A stretch of 59,730 bases of DNA, the filler included, from Stramenopiles sp. TOSAG23-6 (lineage: Eukaryota), in the NCBI GenBank assembly GCA_900128565.1. It is 12 parts of 12 records of this genome, joined end to end, with 100 filler letters (N's around TTAATTAATTAA, not from the genome) between each part and the next. Parts side by side here need not be neighbours in the genome. Positions count along the whole stretch, not along the records: positions 9,999 to 14,895 come from LT637021.1; positions 14,996 to 19,889 come from LT637022.1; positions 19,990 to 24,882 come from LT637023.1; 9 more parts are not named here. One strand, given 5' to 3'. Positions 11,720-22,404 of this stretch are shown one piece after another. Below the pieces are notes generated by a model. It saw nothing but the letters and a program-made list of their open reading frames with translations. It did not search any database and was not told the DNA's origin. Every line of letters starts with the position of its first letter. Positions within the stretch are counted from its first letter, which is position 1. The translations under genes were made by a program, and so were the position numbers.

Positions 11720-13054
11720 ATGAATGCTCGTACTACTGGAAAGAGTATAGAGAAAAAGAGTAGTGCATCCCTTAGAGAAAAAGATGATCGCCCACCTGTA
11801 CAGAATGCGGAGCCATTGTCGTATAGAAAACTGTCACCCTTTTTCAGGATTCTTAGTGGTATCGTAAACTCAGTCACATCCCCTGGTACAATAAAAGGGA
11901 AAGCACGCTTCATAACTATTCCGTATAGTCACTATGTTGAACGTGCTCGTTGGGCTCTTGACTTATCTCCACTTAGGGACTCTTATACTGAAGATGGACA
12001 TCCTCCTGGTTTGTCAATATTTGCAGTTCACTCCGTCACTGGAGGGAAATTATCATCTTGCCCAGCTCTACAATTTGCTGATGGACAAGTGATTCACGAT
12101 TCTACTAAAATTCTACATGGTTTGGCAGAGCGTTACCCTAGTAATGAAGATGGTCTTGGTTGGATGTATCCGCCCTCTTTGAAAGAGAGCATAACTCTCT
12201 ATGAAGCAGAACTCGCTGAAAAATTGGGGTCCTTAGTAAGACAAGTTGCCTATACTTTTATTGTTTGTGAGAAGAAAATATGGTCAAAACACNTCGAAGG
12301 TCTATCTAAACATTCAAGTGGGCCTGAAAAATGGTTATTTAGACAAACGTCCATCAATAACCGCATTCGGAGGGGTATCAAGTCTAGTTTGCGATGTCAC
12401 GCAAATCGACTACAAGACGGTATCACTGGAATCGAAAAAATTTTTGAAGACGCAAGTAAACGTCTGAAACAAAACCAAAATGATATAGGTGAGGGATATC
12501 TCTTTGGTTCAACATTTACTGCTGCTGATCTTACATTTTCTGCACTTGCATATCCTTTAGTATTTCCCCCTGAGCACATGCAATTAGACCCATTTACTCT
12601 TTCTGAATCTCCTCAAGGATTTCAGGATTTGGTGAAGAAAATGCGAAAGACTTTAGCAGGGCAGCATGTACTAAAGATGTATAGAAAGCATCGCATATTG
12701 AATTGTAGTATGAAGTCCGTTCCAAAACATAATGTAAATAATTTAAAAAACATTTCAGGTGATAAAACAAAAAAAACAAAAAAAACAAAAAGTTCTAAAG
12801 GTGAAATTTCTGAGTTGTTATATCCTGATGGTTCAAAATTTAGAAAAGTTGTTTTCAAAGGTGGCGGGAAAAGAACTCGTATTCCTTGGGCATTGGTATG
12901 TGTTTTTTTGCATCTTNTGTTGTGTAAATTCACTGGTTCGCAGTTTATGTCTGCATGTGCAACTTGGGAAACCTGGGCGAGTATTGCCGCATTACTAACT
13001 TTTACATTTTGGCTTTGGCAAACAGGAAGGATTAACTTTATAAAATTCACTTAA
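11720..13054 (+). CDS. Glutathione S-transferase-like protein with C-terminal hydrophobic segments
   Basis: SHYVERARWALD, DSTKIL, FTAADLTFSALAYPL. Confidence 0.85.
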   Translation: MNARTTGKSIEKKSSASLREKDDRPPVQNAEPLSYRKLSPFFRILSGIVNSVTSPGTIKGKARFITIPYSHYVERARWALDLSPLRDSYTEDGHPPGLSIFAVHSVTGGKLSSCPALQFADGQVIHDSTKILHGLAERYPSNEDGLGWMYPPSLKESITLYEAELAEKLGSLVRQVAYTFIVCEKKIWSKHXEGLSKHSSGPEKWLFRQTSINNRIRRGIKSSLRCHANRLQDGITGIEKIFEDASKRLKQNQNDIGEGYLFGSTFTAADLTFSALAYPLVFPPEHMQLDPFTLSESPQGFQDLVKKMRKTLAGQHVLKMYRKHRILNCSMKSVPKHNVNNLKNISGDKTKKTKKTKSSKGEISELLYPDGSKFRKVVFKGGGKRTRIPWALVCVFLHLXLCKFTGSQFMSACATWETWASIAALLTFTFWLWQTGRINFIKFT

Positions 13055-13255
13055 ATTTAATTTAAAATTTTTATTCTTTTCTTTCCTTCTTTGAATGACA
13101 ACAATATGCTAATGCTTGATGATGTTCGACTCAATCCTAGTTAGGATAGTTGGTATTGTGCACGGATGGGGCATCAAAATAGGATTTTAAAAGAAATAGT
13201 CACGAAATCCACGAAATCAAGCATTTATTGTCTATTTTATTGCTTCAGTTTAATG

Positions 13256-14830
13256 TCAAGTAGTCAGTTTTCTGTATTTCGTTTTTCGCCCTGATCGAAG
13301 CATTTTTATAACATTAAATTCATTACTATATCCATGCATAAGTATTGTGAAAAAATATTTTAAAGTAAAAAAAATGGTTAGGTATAAAATTTTCGATAAA
13401 AAAATAATTCGAAATTCAAATTTTGAAAACAAACAACATCACGTAAATCACCAAATACATCATAATTAAAATGTGTCACTCTTTCTGAAAATATCTCATT
13501 TGTTTCAAAAGTTTCACGTAATTTTTCACAATAATAATAAATAGATAATTCTGAGTTAATTCTACCAAATTGGTTGTTACTTCTAGCTATTATCTTCCCT
13601 GTCACATCCATGTATTTTGGAAAAATATTTCAAAAAAAATCGTTAGGTACGAAATTTCGTACGAAAAAAAAATCGACTTTGAAAAAAAATAAAACATCCA
13701 TATATGTAACTCCTGGAATCCTTGAAAAGACTGATAGAAATTCATTAATATTTAGAGGTAAAATCTGGACGTTTACATATTGAATTTTCATTTCTAAAGC
13801 AGCAACCGTTCTGTGATGACCATCGGCAATGTAGAAATCCCTAGTAATTATAATACGATCAAAATTATTATGAGGATTTGTAAAAAGATTAAACTCTGTA
13901 CTGCTTGCATTAGGGTTAGGGTCATCATTATGAGAAAAATGGTCTAAAGTATTTGAATAGTCCTGCTTTTTAAAATCTGATATTAATCTTTCAACACCAG
14001 TGCTTGAAACATCCTTCTGTATATATTTTAATAGCCCAACCCTAATTTTTGATAACTTAATGTCTCCATATTCTTTTTCGAATTTTTGTCTCAANGTAAA
14101 GTTCGTCAAGATATCACTAGGTTGCGGCATAAATCTTCTTGATAATTTTGGAGTTTGCGGCATAAATCTTCTTGATAATTTTGGAGTTTGGAGTTTTGAT
14201 GTTTGATCTGTGAAGTTTAACAAATTACTCAGAAAATTTCTTGGGTCATTTTCATCGTATTCTTCAGCTTCATCTTCGTTTGCATCAAATTGATTAGAGT
14301 TCAGTTTAGGAAATGTGAAAAGAAATGGCATGTAATGTGAAAAACATTTAAAAAAAAAATCGTTAGGTACGAAATTTGGTACAAAAACTTTTTTGAAATT
14401 CAATTTTGAAAGCATACATATACACTCCTATAAAACTACCTACAACAGAACTAATTGTTAAAACTGTAGATAAAAATAAAACTCCACGTTTTCGTTGATT
14501 TTCTCTTTTTGTCACTTGATTTTGATTTAGATATTGAAATATATTGTGAAAAAATATTTCAAAAATTCGAAATTCGTCAGGTACAAAATTTCATTGTCAA
14601 AAAACAAATAAATTTCAAATTCATAATGAAAACGTACATATTTGATTTCTAATACTCATAACTGTTTTCAAAAATGCATTCCTTACGTTTAAATTATTCT
14701 GTACATCAGTGCTTTTATTATTCTGAAACAATGTTAATTGCACAGTTTTCATATTCTTTCGGAATATTTCGTTATCCCATTCTACTGTAAAAGGAATCTC
14801 CTGCAATCCTATAAAGTTCCTTGTACCACC
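13256..14830 (-). CDS. Multi-exon protein with TM segment and ParB/sulfiredoxin-like motif (exons ~14830-14638, 14538-14418, 14329-13700, 13609-13435, 13339-13256; 5' truncated)
   Basis: One continuous frame after removing four family introns; IIITRDFYIADGHHRTVAA. Confidence 0.65.
13340..13434 (-). mobile_element. Family intron GT...TT, 95 nt, TT duplicated
   Basis: GTT|GTTTG ... TACCTAAC ... CACAATACTT|ATG. Confidence 0.7.
13610..13699 (-). mobile_element. Family intron, 90 nt, GG...AT in family register
   Basis: AT|GGATG ... TTCGTACGAAATTTCGTACCTAAC ... AAATACAT|G; ATGGATGT direct repeat makes the borders slide. Confidence 0.7.
14330..14417 (-). mobile_element. Family intron GT...AT, 88 nt, AT duplicated
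   Basis: TAT AT|GTATG ... CACATTACAT|G CCA gives GVYMPFLF. Confidence 0.75.
14539..14637 (-). mobile_element. Family intron GT...AT, 99 nt, branch variant CCTGAC
   Basis: ATA T|GTACG ... CACAATATAT|TT CAA gives RNQIFQYL. Confidence 0.75.
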
Positions 14831-14895
14831 AAATATTATGTGAAAAAATATTTCAAAAAAAAATCTAAAAAAATTGTTAGGTACGAAATTTCGTA
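14831..14895 (-). mobile_element. 3' part of family intron (end TT or AT, ambiguous)
   Basis: TACGAAATTTCGTACCTAAC ... TATTTTTTCACATAATATTT; cut by contig end. Confidence 0.6.
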
Positions 14896-14995
14896 NNNNN
14901 NNNNNNNNNNNNNNNNNNNNNNNNNNNNNNNNNNNNNNNTTAATTAATTAANNNNNNNNNNNNNNNNNNNNNNNNNNNNNNNNNNNNNNNNNNNN

Positions 14996-15053
14996 CGAAA
15001 TTTTGTACCTAACAATTTTTTTTTTTTTTTTGAAATATTTTTCCAAAATACAT
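14996..15053 (+). mobile_element. 3' part of family intron, ends ATAC-AT
   Basis: CGAAATTTTGTACCTAAC ... TATTTTTCCAAAATACAT. Confidence 0.7.
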
Positions 15054-15213
15054 GGGTAAAAAAAGAAACTATACTATAAAGGACTCTATAGGAGGCATTT
15101 GGAAAGGATCAACACCAAGAAGAGAAAGAAGTGATGGTTCATACGAGTATAACCCACCTGAAGATGAAGTGGTTATCAATGATAACGTAAGTAATATTAA
15201 TCTCAATAAATAA
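15054..15213 (+). CDS. Terminal exon of an unidentified gene
   Basis: Open frame GKKRNYTIKDSIGGIWKG... to TAA immediately after the intron end. Confidence 0.55.
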
Positions 15214-15420
15214 ATAAATGAAACATGACATTTGGTGATTATATATTTCAAATAATATAGATTTTTTTTGAAGTTTTTTTTTGAAAGGTTTTTTTTTCTC
15301 TTTTGATGGAACAAACCTGATTTGCTGGAATTTCTTAGTCTGTAGAGCCAGCGCACCCACATGCGCTCGCGTTCACACGCAGAGTTGTCTGGTAAAAGAC
15401 AATAAAGGGTGATAGTGGTC

Positions 15421-15999
15421 ATGGTGTCACCAAGTTTCATAGAACTGCAGCGGAAAGCTGCAAATCAAGGCAACAGGATTGCACAGTATAACGTTGGTTT
15501 ATTTTATATAAAGGGTACTGGTGTCACTAAATGCAATAAAACTGCTGCTGAATGGTTTACAAAAGCTGCGAAACAAGGCCACATGGACGCACAGTATAGT
15601 CTTGGTTTATGTTATTTGAAGGGTAGAGGTGTCACAACATGTTATAAAACTGCTGTTGAATGGTATGCAAAAGCTGCAAAACAAGGCCACTTGGGTGCAC
15701 AGTTTAATCTTCGTGCATGTTATTTCAATGGTGTAGGCGTCACTAAATGTTTGAAAACTGCAGCAAAATGGAACAGAAAAGCAGCAAAGCAGATGAAAGA
15801 CATACATCAGGATGAGTTCAGAGAAATCATAATGGAACAGAGTAAATCAAAATGTTTTACTTGTGGTTTAGAGGGTGAACATAAAAAAATGCTTCTTTGT
15901 AGTCGTTGCAAGGCTGTGTCATATTGTTCAAAGGAGTGTCAGAAAATACATTGGAAGAGTTCACATAAAAAAGAGTGTTTGAAGAAGACAACAAATTGA
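15421..15999 (+). CDS. Sel1-like repeat protein with C-terminal MYND zinc finger
   Basis: AQYxLGxxYxxGxGV...A.EW..KAAKQG repeats; CFTC...CSRCKAVSYCSKECQKIHWKSSHKKEC. Confidence 0.9.
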   Translation: MVSPSFIELQRKAANQGNRIAQYNVGLFYIKGTGVTKCNKTAAEWFTKAAKQGHMDAQYSLGLCYLKGRGVTTCYKTAVEWYAKAAKQGHLGAQFNLRACYFNGVGVTKCLKTAAKWNRKAAKQMKDIHQDEFREIIMEQSKSKCFTCGLEGEHKKMLLCSRCKAVSYCSKECQKIHWKSSHKKECLKKTTN

Positions 16000-16453
16000 A
16001 ATATATGTCTCGTATTTTTAATTTTTTGAATATAAAAAATATCTTACAAAATATGAAATATTTATTTTTTAGTACACTTTTTAGTGAAATTCAAAAATAC
16101 AAATATGAATTTTATACATTTTTTTTCTTTACAAAAGAAGTAGTAGAATGACTACTGCCGTCTATGAATATTTTTGTTGATAAATTGAAAGATTTGGAAT
16201 TAGTAATTTACTGAAACAATAAAATAAATTAAAAAAAAATAGATTTCGTGTAGTAAACAATACCTCCGAAATTTACGTTAAAAAATTGTTCACCGGATCA
16301 TCTAACTAAGATCTAGATCGAGATCATCGTACTACACTCACCCGCGTATTCTGAATACGCATTACGAGACCACACGTAAAACTGCTGGGCTTTGATAATA
16401 TTAGAATACATATAAGTGCAGCAATTGATAGATTGTGTGCTGTGAAGAAGATT

Positions 16454-19400
16454 ATGAAAGACGCCGAAAGAGTAAAACGTCAGCTGCAACGTCGTGCGAT
16501 GGTTGATTCAAATAGAACACGTATAAACGAAGTCCAATTGTTTCTAGATGAGGCCAAAAGAAAAGACGAGATGCATACTACAGAGATTGCTGATCTCAAG
16601 AGAAAACATCGCGTGGAAGTTGCATTTCTCCAACAAACGATTAATAAGCTTAAAGATATAATTAAAACTCACAATATAAGTTCAAATCTAAAAAATTCTT
16701 CTGATGAACCAATACTAAACTTTGCTGCAGCAATGAATCGGCACTTACTTGTCGATTCACAACAGATGAATGATAATATTGCAATGAAATTGACGGCGGC
16801 ACAAGCTAAACATGCAGACTTTCTAGTTTTTCATGAAAAATCGCATAGAGAAAAAGATAACGCACATCGATTTGAGCTTGCAAAGTGTGACATTAGACAC
16901 AAAGCAGAAATTCAACAGTTAAAAGAAGACATAAGTTTAGATCATCAGAGAGCTTTAGAAGATATGGCTGAACATCATAATTTAGAAATACAGAAAGTTG
17001 AAAACGCGCTAGCTCTGGCAAATCTTACTGGGTCACATCATGAAAAGGTGGCTAAACTCGAAAAAGAGCAAAATTTAAGTAAGAAACTTGCTATAGAAAA
17101 AATGGTTGAAAAGCACAGCAATGAAATTTCAGTTGCTGAACAAGATATGCATATTTTAAAAGAAAAATATGAAAATAAAAGAATAGAATGTGATAATCAT
17201 AGATTACGATATTCAGCATTAATGGACGAAAAAGGAGTGCATGTACGTTTTCATCATGAATTTCGAATTTATTTTCTTTTTCATACGACATTTTGTACCT
17301 AACAAATTTCGAATTTGACATATTTTTTCAAAATACATGCAATCGCACTAAAGGAAATAAGTGAAAAATATTCGAACGCTTTAGATAATCTTGTCAAGAC
17401 TCACGAAAAGGAATTGGCAGACACAATAGAAGAATTGAAAAATCAGCACGATCGAAAGATGAAACTGGCAAATATTAAAATGAATGAAATGAATGTTAGT
17501 ATGAATATACTTAGAACGGATATTGTTTCAACAAGTGATACACATGAGGTAATAGTGAAAGAAATGACCGATAAATACGCGAATGAATTAAAGATGCTGG
17601 CGGAAAGTCATCAAGGGGATAAAGAAGAAGCACTCCAGGAACTTCAAAAACGACATAATGATGAAATAAAAACAGCCGAAAACAAATTAAATGATATGAA
17701 AACAAAATACTCTGATTTTGTTGCGCATCATGAAATTTCCCAAACCAAAAAAAAAGCTATACATGAAGCTGCATTAAATGAACTAAGTTTGCAACACAAA
17801 TCTGAAATGAAACGACTCATAAAAGCAGAAGATGGAAATCGAAAGAATGCACTAGAAGACTTAGCAAGTGAACATAATTCAGAGATACGTCAAATGGAAA
17901 GAAAACTTTTAGAAAAGACAAAGGCTCACGATGCGAAAGAACGAGCAAATGAAATAGCAGCAGCTTCGATTTTATCTGATCATAAATATAAAATTTTAGA
18001 GTTGGAAGAAAAACATCAAAATGAATTAAATTACCATAAAAAATTAAGTAATGATAAAAATGAAGAGTTACTTTTGCTGAGGAAGAAACATAAAATGGCT
18101 TCAGATGCACATGAAGAATCCCTAAACGAATTATCTAATAAGTACAAAACCGAATTAAATGCTCTGACAGAAAGTCACCATGGTGATAAATTAGATGCTT
18201 TAGAAGAACTACGAAATCGCCATGCTGAGGAACTCCGACTATCAGAAAATGAATTAAGTAAATTTAAGACAGAATATGCTAATTTTGTTTCACACCTTGA
18301 ATTGTCACACAAGGAAAAGGATGATATTCATAACACTGCTCTAGAAAATATCGCTGCCAAACATGAAACAGAAATGAAGCGCTGTTTAGAAGAATTCGAT
18401 GGCAATAGAAAAGTTGCAATGCAAAATTTGGCACAAAAACACCAATCAGAATTATTTAGTTTACAGACAAAAATTTCAGAGCACGAAGAAGAAAAAAAAG
18501 CCACTGTAAAGGCGCATGAACTTGCTTTATCAAGACTTGCAAATGATTATGAGAGTGAGCTTGCTGAATTACAAAGAGAGCACTCTAATAGTAAAACAGA
18601 AGCTCTTGAAATACTTGCCAAAAAACATAGCGCGGAACTTGCGATATCTGAGAAAAACATTTCCCATTGGAAACAAAGCTATGATGAAATGACGGAAAAA
18701 TATAAAAGAGATCTCAATGAACTTGGGAATGACCATGAAAAAACACTAAAAGATTTACATACCCAACATACAGAGAAAATCAAAGTACATCATGATAAAA
18801 TGAAGAATTTGGAATTGAGACATGCTAATATAATGGAAAAAAAAATACAAGAAAAAAGTATAATACATGAAAAGGCGATAGCGAAAATGGCAAACGAACA
18901 TAAATTAGAGATGCAACGATACTTGAAAGAAGCTGACAACAATAAAAATATTGCACTTGATAATTTAGCTCGACATCACAAAGACGAAATCGAGCGATGG
19001 GAAAAAGAGCTTCTTGAAGATTCTGGTACACCAATAAAATACTGGCAAAACAAATACTATAATATGGAGCAAAAACACAAAGAGCAAACTAATGAAAATT
19101 TAAAATTAAATGGAACACTGCAACACCAGAAAAAGAAGTTGATAGTTAAACAAAGGAGTTTAGAGGAGCAACAAGAAGCATTAATGAAATTAGAATCTTC
19201 ATACAAAATTTATGAACGCGACTTCAATAAATCTCTTGAAGATAGAGATGCCGCACTTGAGCATGCTGAAAAGGAACATTTAAATACCAAAACGGAGCAT
19301 GCGAAAACATTGAAACAACTTAAATTAGATCATGAAGACAATATTGCAAAGCTAAAAGAAGAGCACACATACTTAAAAGAAAAGGCATTGAATCTGATGT

Positions 19401-19889
19401 CTCATAGATATACTAAACAGCTCGATGTAGCTGAAGATGAACTAGTCCATTGGGAAAAAACACACAAAAAACTTCAAGAGGAAAAGTCAAAAAATGATAT
19501 AGAATTAAATAGATTGAATTCGAATGCTAAATCAATGATGGAAACGCACGAATCCGTTATGAATGATATGAAGAGTAAATATTCAAATGAGCTAAAGGAA
19601 CTTCAAAATATCATTGGTGAGAAAGCAAGTGCTCTACGAGAATTCAAAGATCGCCACAAGAATGAAATTGAATCAGCAGAGGATGAACTTAACAAATTAA
19701 ACACAAAATTGAAGGATTATTTAAAAGATCACAAACTGTCACAAAAAGAAAAAGATGCAATACACAAAAGTGCCCTAGAAAAAATGGCAAAACAACACGA
19801 AGCTGAATTGAAAACTTGTTTAGATAAAGCAGATGGTGGTAGAAAGAATGCTCTTGAAGATTTGGCGCGTCAACACAGATCTGAACTAC
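16454..19889 (+). CDS. Large His/Glu/Lys-rich coiled-coil protein (exons 16454-17242, 17339->19889)
   Basis: Two ORFs joined by removing a family intron; ALEELxxxHxxE repeats. Confidence 0.8.
17243..17338 (+). mobile_element. Family intron GT...AT, 96 nt, AT duplicated
   Basis: CAT|GTACG ... TTTTGTACCTAAC ... AAAATACAT|GCA; contains an in-frame stop. Confidence 0.75.
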
Positions 19890-19989
19890 NNNNNNNNNNN
19901 NNNNNNNNNNNNNNNNNNNNNNNNNNNNNNNNNTTAATTAATTAANNNNNNNNNNNNNNNNNNNNNNNNNNNNNNNNNNNNNNNNNNNN

Positions 19990-21018
19990 TTCAATAAAGC
20001 AGAAGCACGAGGGGATCTCAAACCTGGTAGCGTAGTTGTTGCAGCGTCATCAGGAAATACTGGAGCTGCAACTGCTATGTTGGCTGCAATGCGTGGATAC
20101 CACGCAATCATAACGACATCACCGAAGTGCAGCAAAGAAAAGATGGCTGCGATAAAAGCATACGGTGCCGAACTTTTGATAAGTAATCCAGGTTTAACGG
20201 CGTCTGATTCAGGGCATTACATGAATCATGCTAATACAATTGTTAATACTGAAAATAATAAAATACGCGAAAATAAAACGAAAAACAAAACGTTTTGGTT
20301 CAACGTGAGTCAGTATGACAATCCAAATAATCCTGAGGCACATGCGACTACTTTGGGTCCTGAAATATGGAAACAAACATGTGCAGCAAACATTCCAGTG
20401 ACACATTTTGTTGCTGCAGGGAGTACTGGGGGGACAATTTCTGGCACAAGTTCTTTTTTGAAGCAAAAGGATCCTTCCATCTTGACTACATTAGCTGACC
20501 CTGTGGGATCTATTTTTACAGAGCACTTTATGAAGCTTAAAAAACAAAAATATTCTAGTGATTCAAGTAAGAATGATAGCAACACTGACGTATGTTATTA
20601 TCAATTCATTCCAATTTCGAATTTTTGTTTTTTTTACCAAATTTTGTACCTAACAAAAAAATAAAATTTTACGTATTGTTTTACTATACATAATGATGAG
20701 AAGGTTAAACGCCAGAAGTTTTTAGTTGAAGGTGTTGGAAAAACTGTTATACCTGGTTGTATAAATTTTGATGTTATAGATGATGTACTACCAATCGATG
20801 ATTCTGAGGCTTTTAAAATGTGTCACAAATTATCATCTGAGATGGGAATTTTGGTGGGTGGCTCATCCGGTTTAAATGTAGCAGCTGCATTGCGTATTGC
20901 AAATAGACAAGAGGGACCTGCAACAATTGTCACAATCTTATGCGATTCTGGTGTGAAATATTTATCCAAGATTTATGATGACACGTGGCTTCGTGAGAAC
21001 AATCTTCCTTCTTTATAG
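19990..21018 (+). CDS. Cysteine synthase / cystathionine beta-synthase family PLP enzyme (exons <19990-20589, 20692-21018)
   Basis: SSGNTG, QYDNPNN, GSTGGT, EGVG, GGSSG, TILCDSGVKYLSK. Confidence 0.9.
20590..20691 (+). mobile_element. Family intron GT...AT, 102 nt
   Basis: GAC|GTATG ... TTTTGTACCTAAC ... CTATACAT|AAT; internal stop; restores the frame to EGVG. Confidence 0.7.
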
Positions 21019-21133
21019 AAATGGTGTATTCAGCCATTATTAAATTATCAGTGAATAGCAACATAGGAATAAAATAATTTCACCTAAACATATTGAGTTC
21101 TATAATGATTTATTTTATTTTTGAAAAACATAA

Positions 21134-22066
21134 TCACAACAGTGGTTGAGACGTTTTACATGGTTGAAGTAATGCATATTTCGTGTCCCAAAACTCAGCA
21201 AAACTATAATGGTGAAATAGTACATTTGTGAATACAAATAGCCACTCACAGGATGCAAACATAGAATACATGTATGGTATACATACTGAATTATGAATGG
21301 CATAAGCAATAATAGCCAAAATCCCCAATATCGAATTCAGCACAACCATTCGCAAACGCTTTCGATAACACCAAGTATGAATATTCTTATGTTTGTCCCC
21401 TCTATTTGACTTACAACAAATACGATGTAAATACAGCCATAACCACATATGTATAATAGATGACATAAAAAATATAGCGAAGCCAATTTGGTGGAGAAAT
21501 AGGTCTTCCGTAGATGAGATAAATGTAAGAAGAACCAGCCCTCCGATTTCAAACTGAAATGACCAAAAACACGCAGAGTTTAGCAAGTTAAACGTTCGCA
21601 TTGTGAAATAATTTTTCGAATTATTTAATTGATGCCATCGCTTCCGAAAGAATGCTTCATATATGAAAGCTTGGCTCATATGCTGTGGGACCATCATTGC
21701 AATACTAATGCGCCATACATATACTTGGGGTGTATGTTCCCCAATGCATGCACTTATTGAAGGTACAACGTTTGGAACTCTACAATGTGTGTTCGTTACA
21801 CTTTCATAATTATTGTATAACGACAATATAAATGTGGATATTAGACCTGTACATGATGACCACATATTCACAAATATCCAATTTTTAAATGGAAAAGAAA
21901 CTACAACTTGGCGTGCCTGATATGTTGAATTCTGCTTAGGCTGTCGGTATTCATTACGCTGTTTCTGTACAAAAGTACCTATTGGTAAGACAAATCCATA
22001 ATACACAACGCCTGCAGTAATTACAGTTGTAACAATAACAATTATAAATTCTATACTAATGACCAT
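21134..22066 (-). CDS. PGAP2: Frag1/DRAM/Sfk1 family membrane protein, PGAP2-like
   Basis: THCRVPNVVPSISACIG, PQVYVWR, HNSVCIPYMYSMFASCEW, NVLFH. Confidence 0.8.
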   Translation of the reverse strand: MVISIEFIIVIVTTVITAGVVYYGFVLPIGTFVQKQRNEYRQPKQNSTYQARQVVVSFPFKNWIFVNMWSSCTGLISTFILSLYNNYESVTNTHCRVPNVVPSISACIGEHTPQVYVWRISIAMMVPQHMSQAFIYEAFFRKRWHQLNNSKNYFTMRTFNLLNSACFWSFQFEIGGLVLLTFISSTEDLFLHQIGFAIFFMSSIIHMWLWLYLHRICCKSNRGDKHKNIHTWCYRKRLRMVVLNSILGILAIIAYAIHNSVCIPYMYSMFASCEWLFVFTNVLFHHYSFAEFWDTKYALLQPCKTSQPLL

Positions 22067-22404
22067 TTTACTGCAAATGTACCACAAAATATAGGTGAAT
22101 TCTTCTCTTCTGGAGGATGATGAATAGTGGTGGTGAATATGATTAGCCCTAACGTTTAAACTCGATGTGACCCGGGCCCGGGGATGGCCAACAAAAATTG
22201 ACACAACAACAACACAAAAATCAAATCAAAACATTCCAGGTCTTATAGATAACGCTAACAAATTATTTTGTATGTTACATGTGGCTGATCTGCTATATAC
22301 GGACAGTGTAAATAAAATAAATACTAGCTATCTATATCTAGAAATTATTATTTCTATTATTCAAAGATCAATATTCTTCAAAGCAACAACTATTATTTTA
22401 TTAT

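Noticed and set aside
17241-17336. U12-type AT-AC intron reading of the family
   Set aside because: No ATATCCTT donor or TCCTTAAC branch consensus; TT-flanked copies and broken-TSD copies favour the GT-first register.
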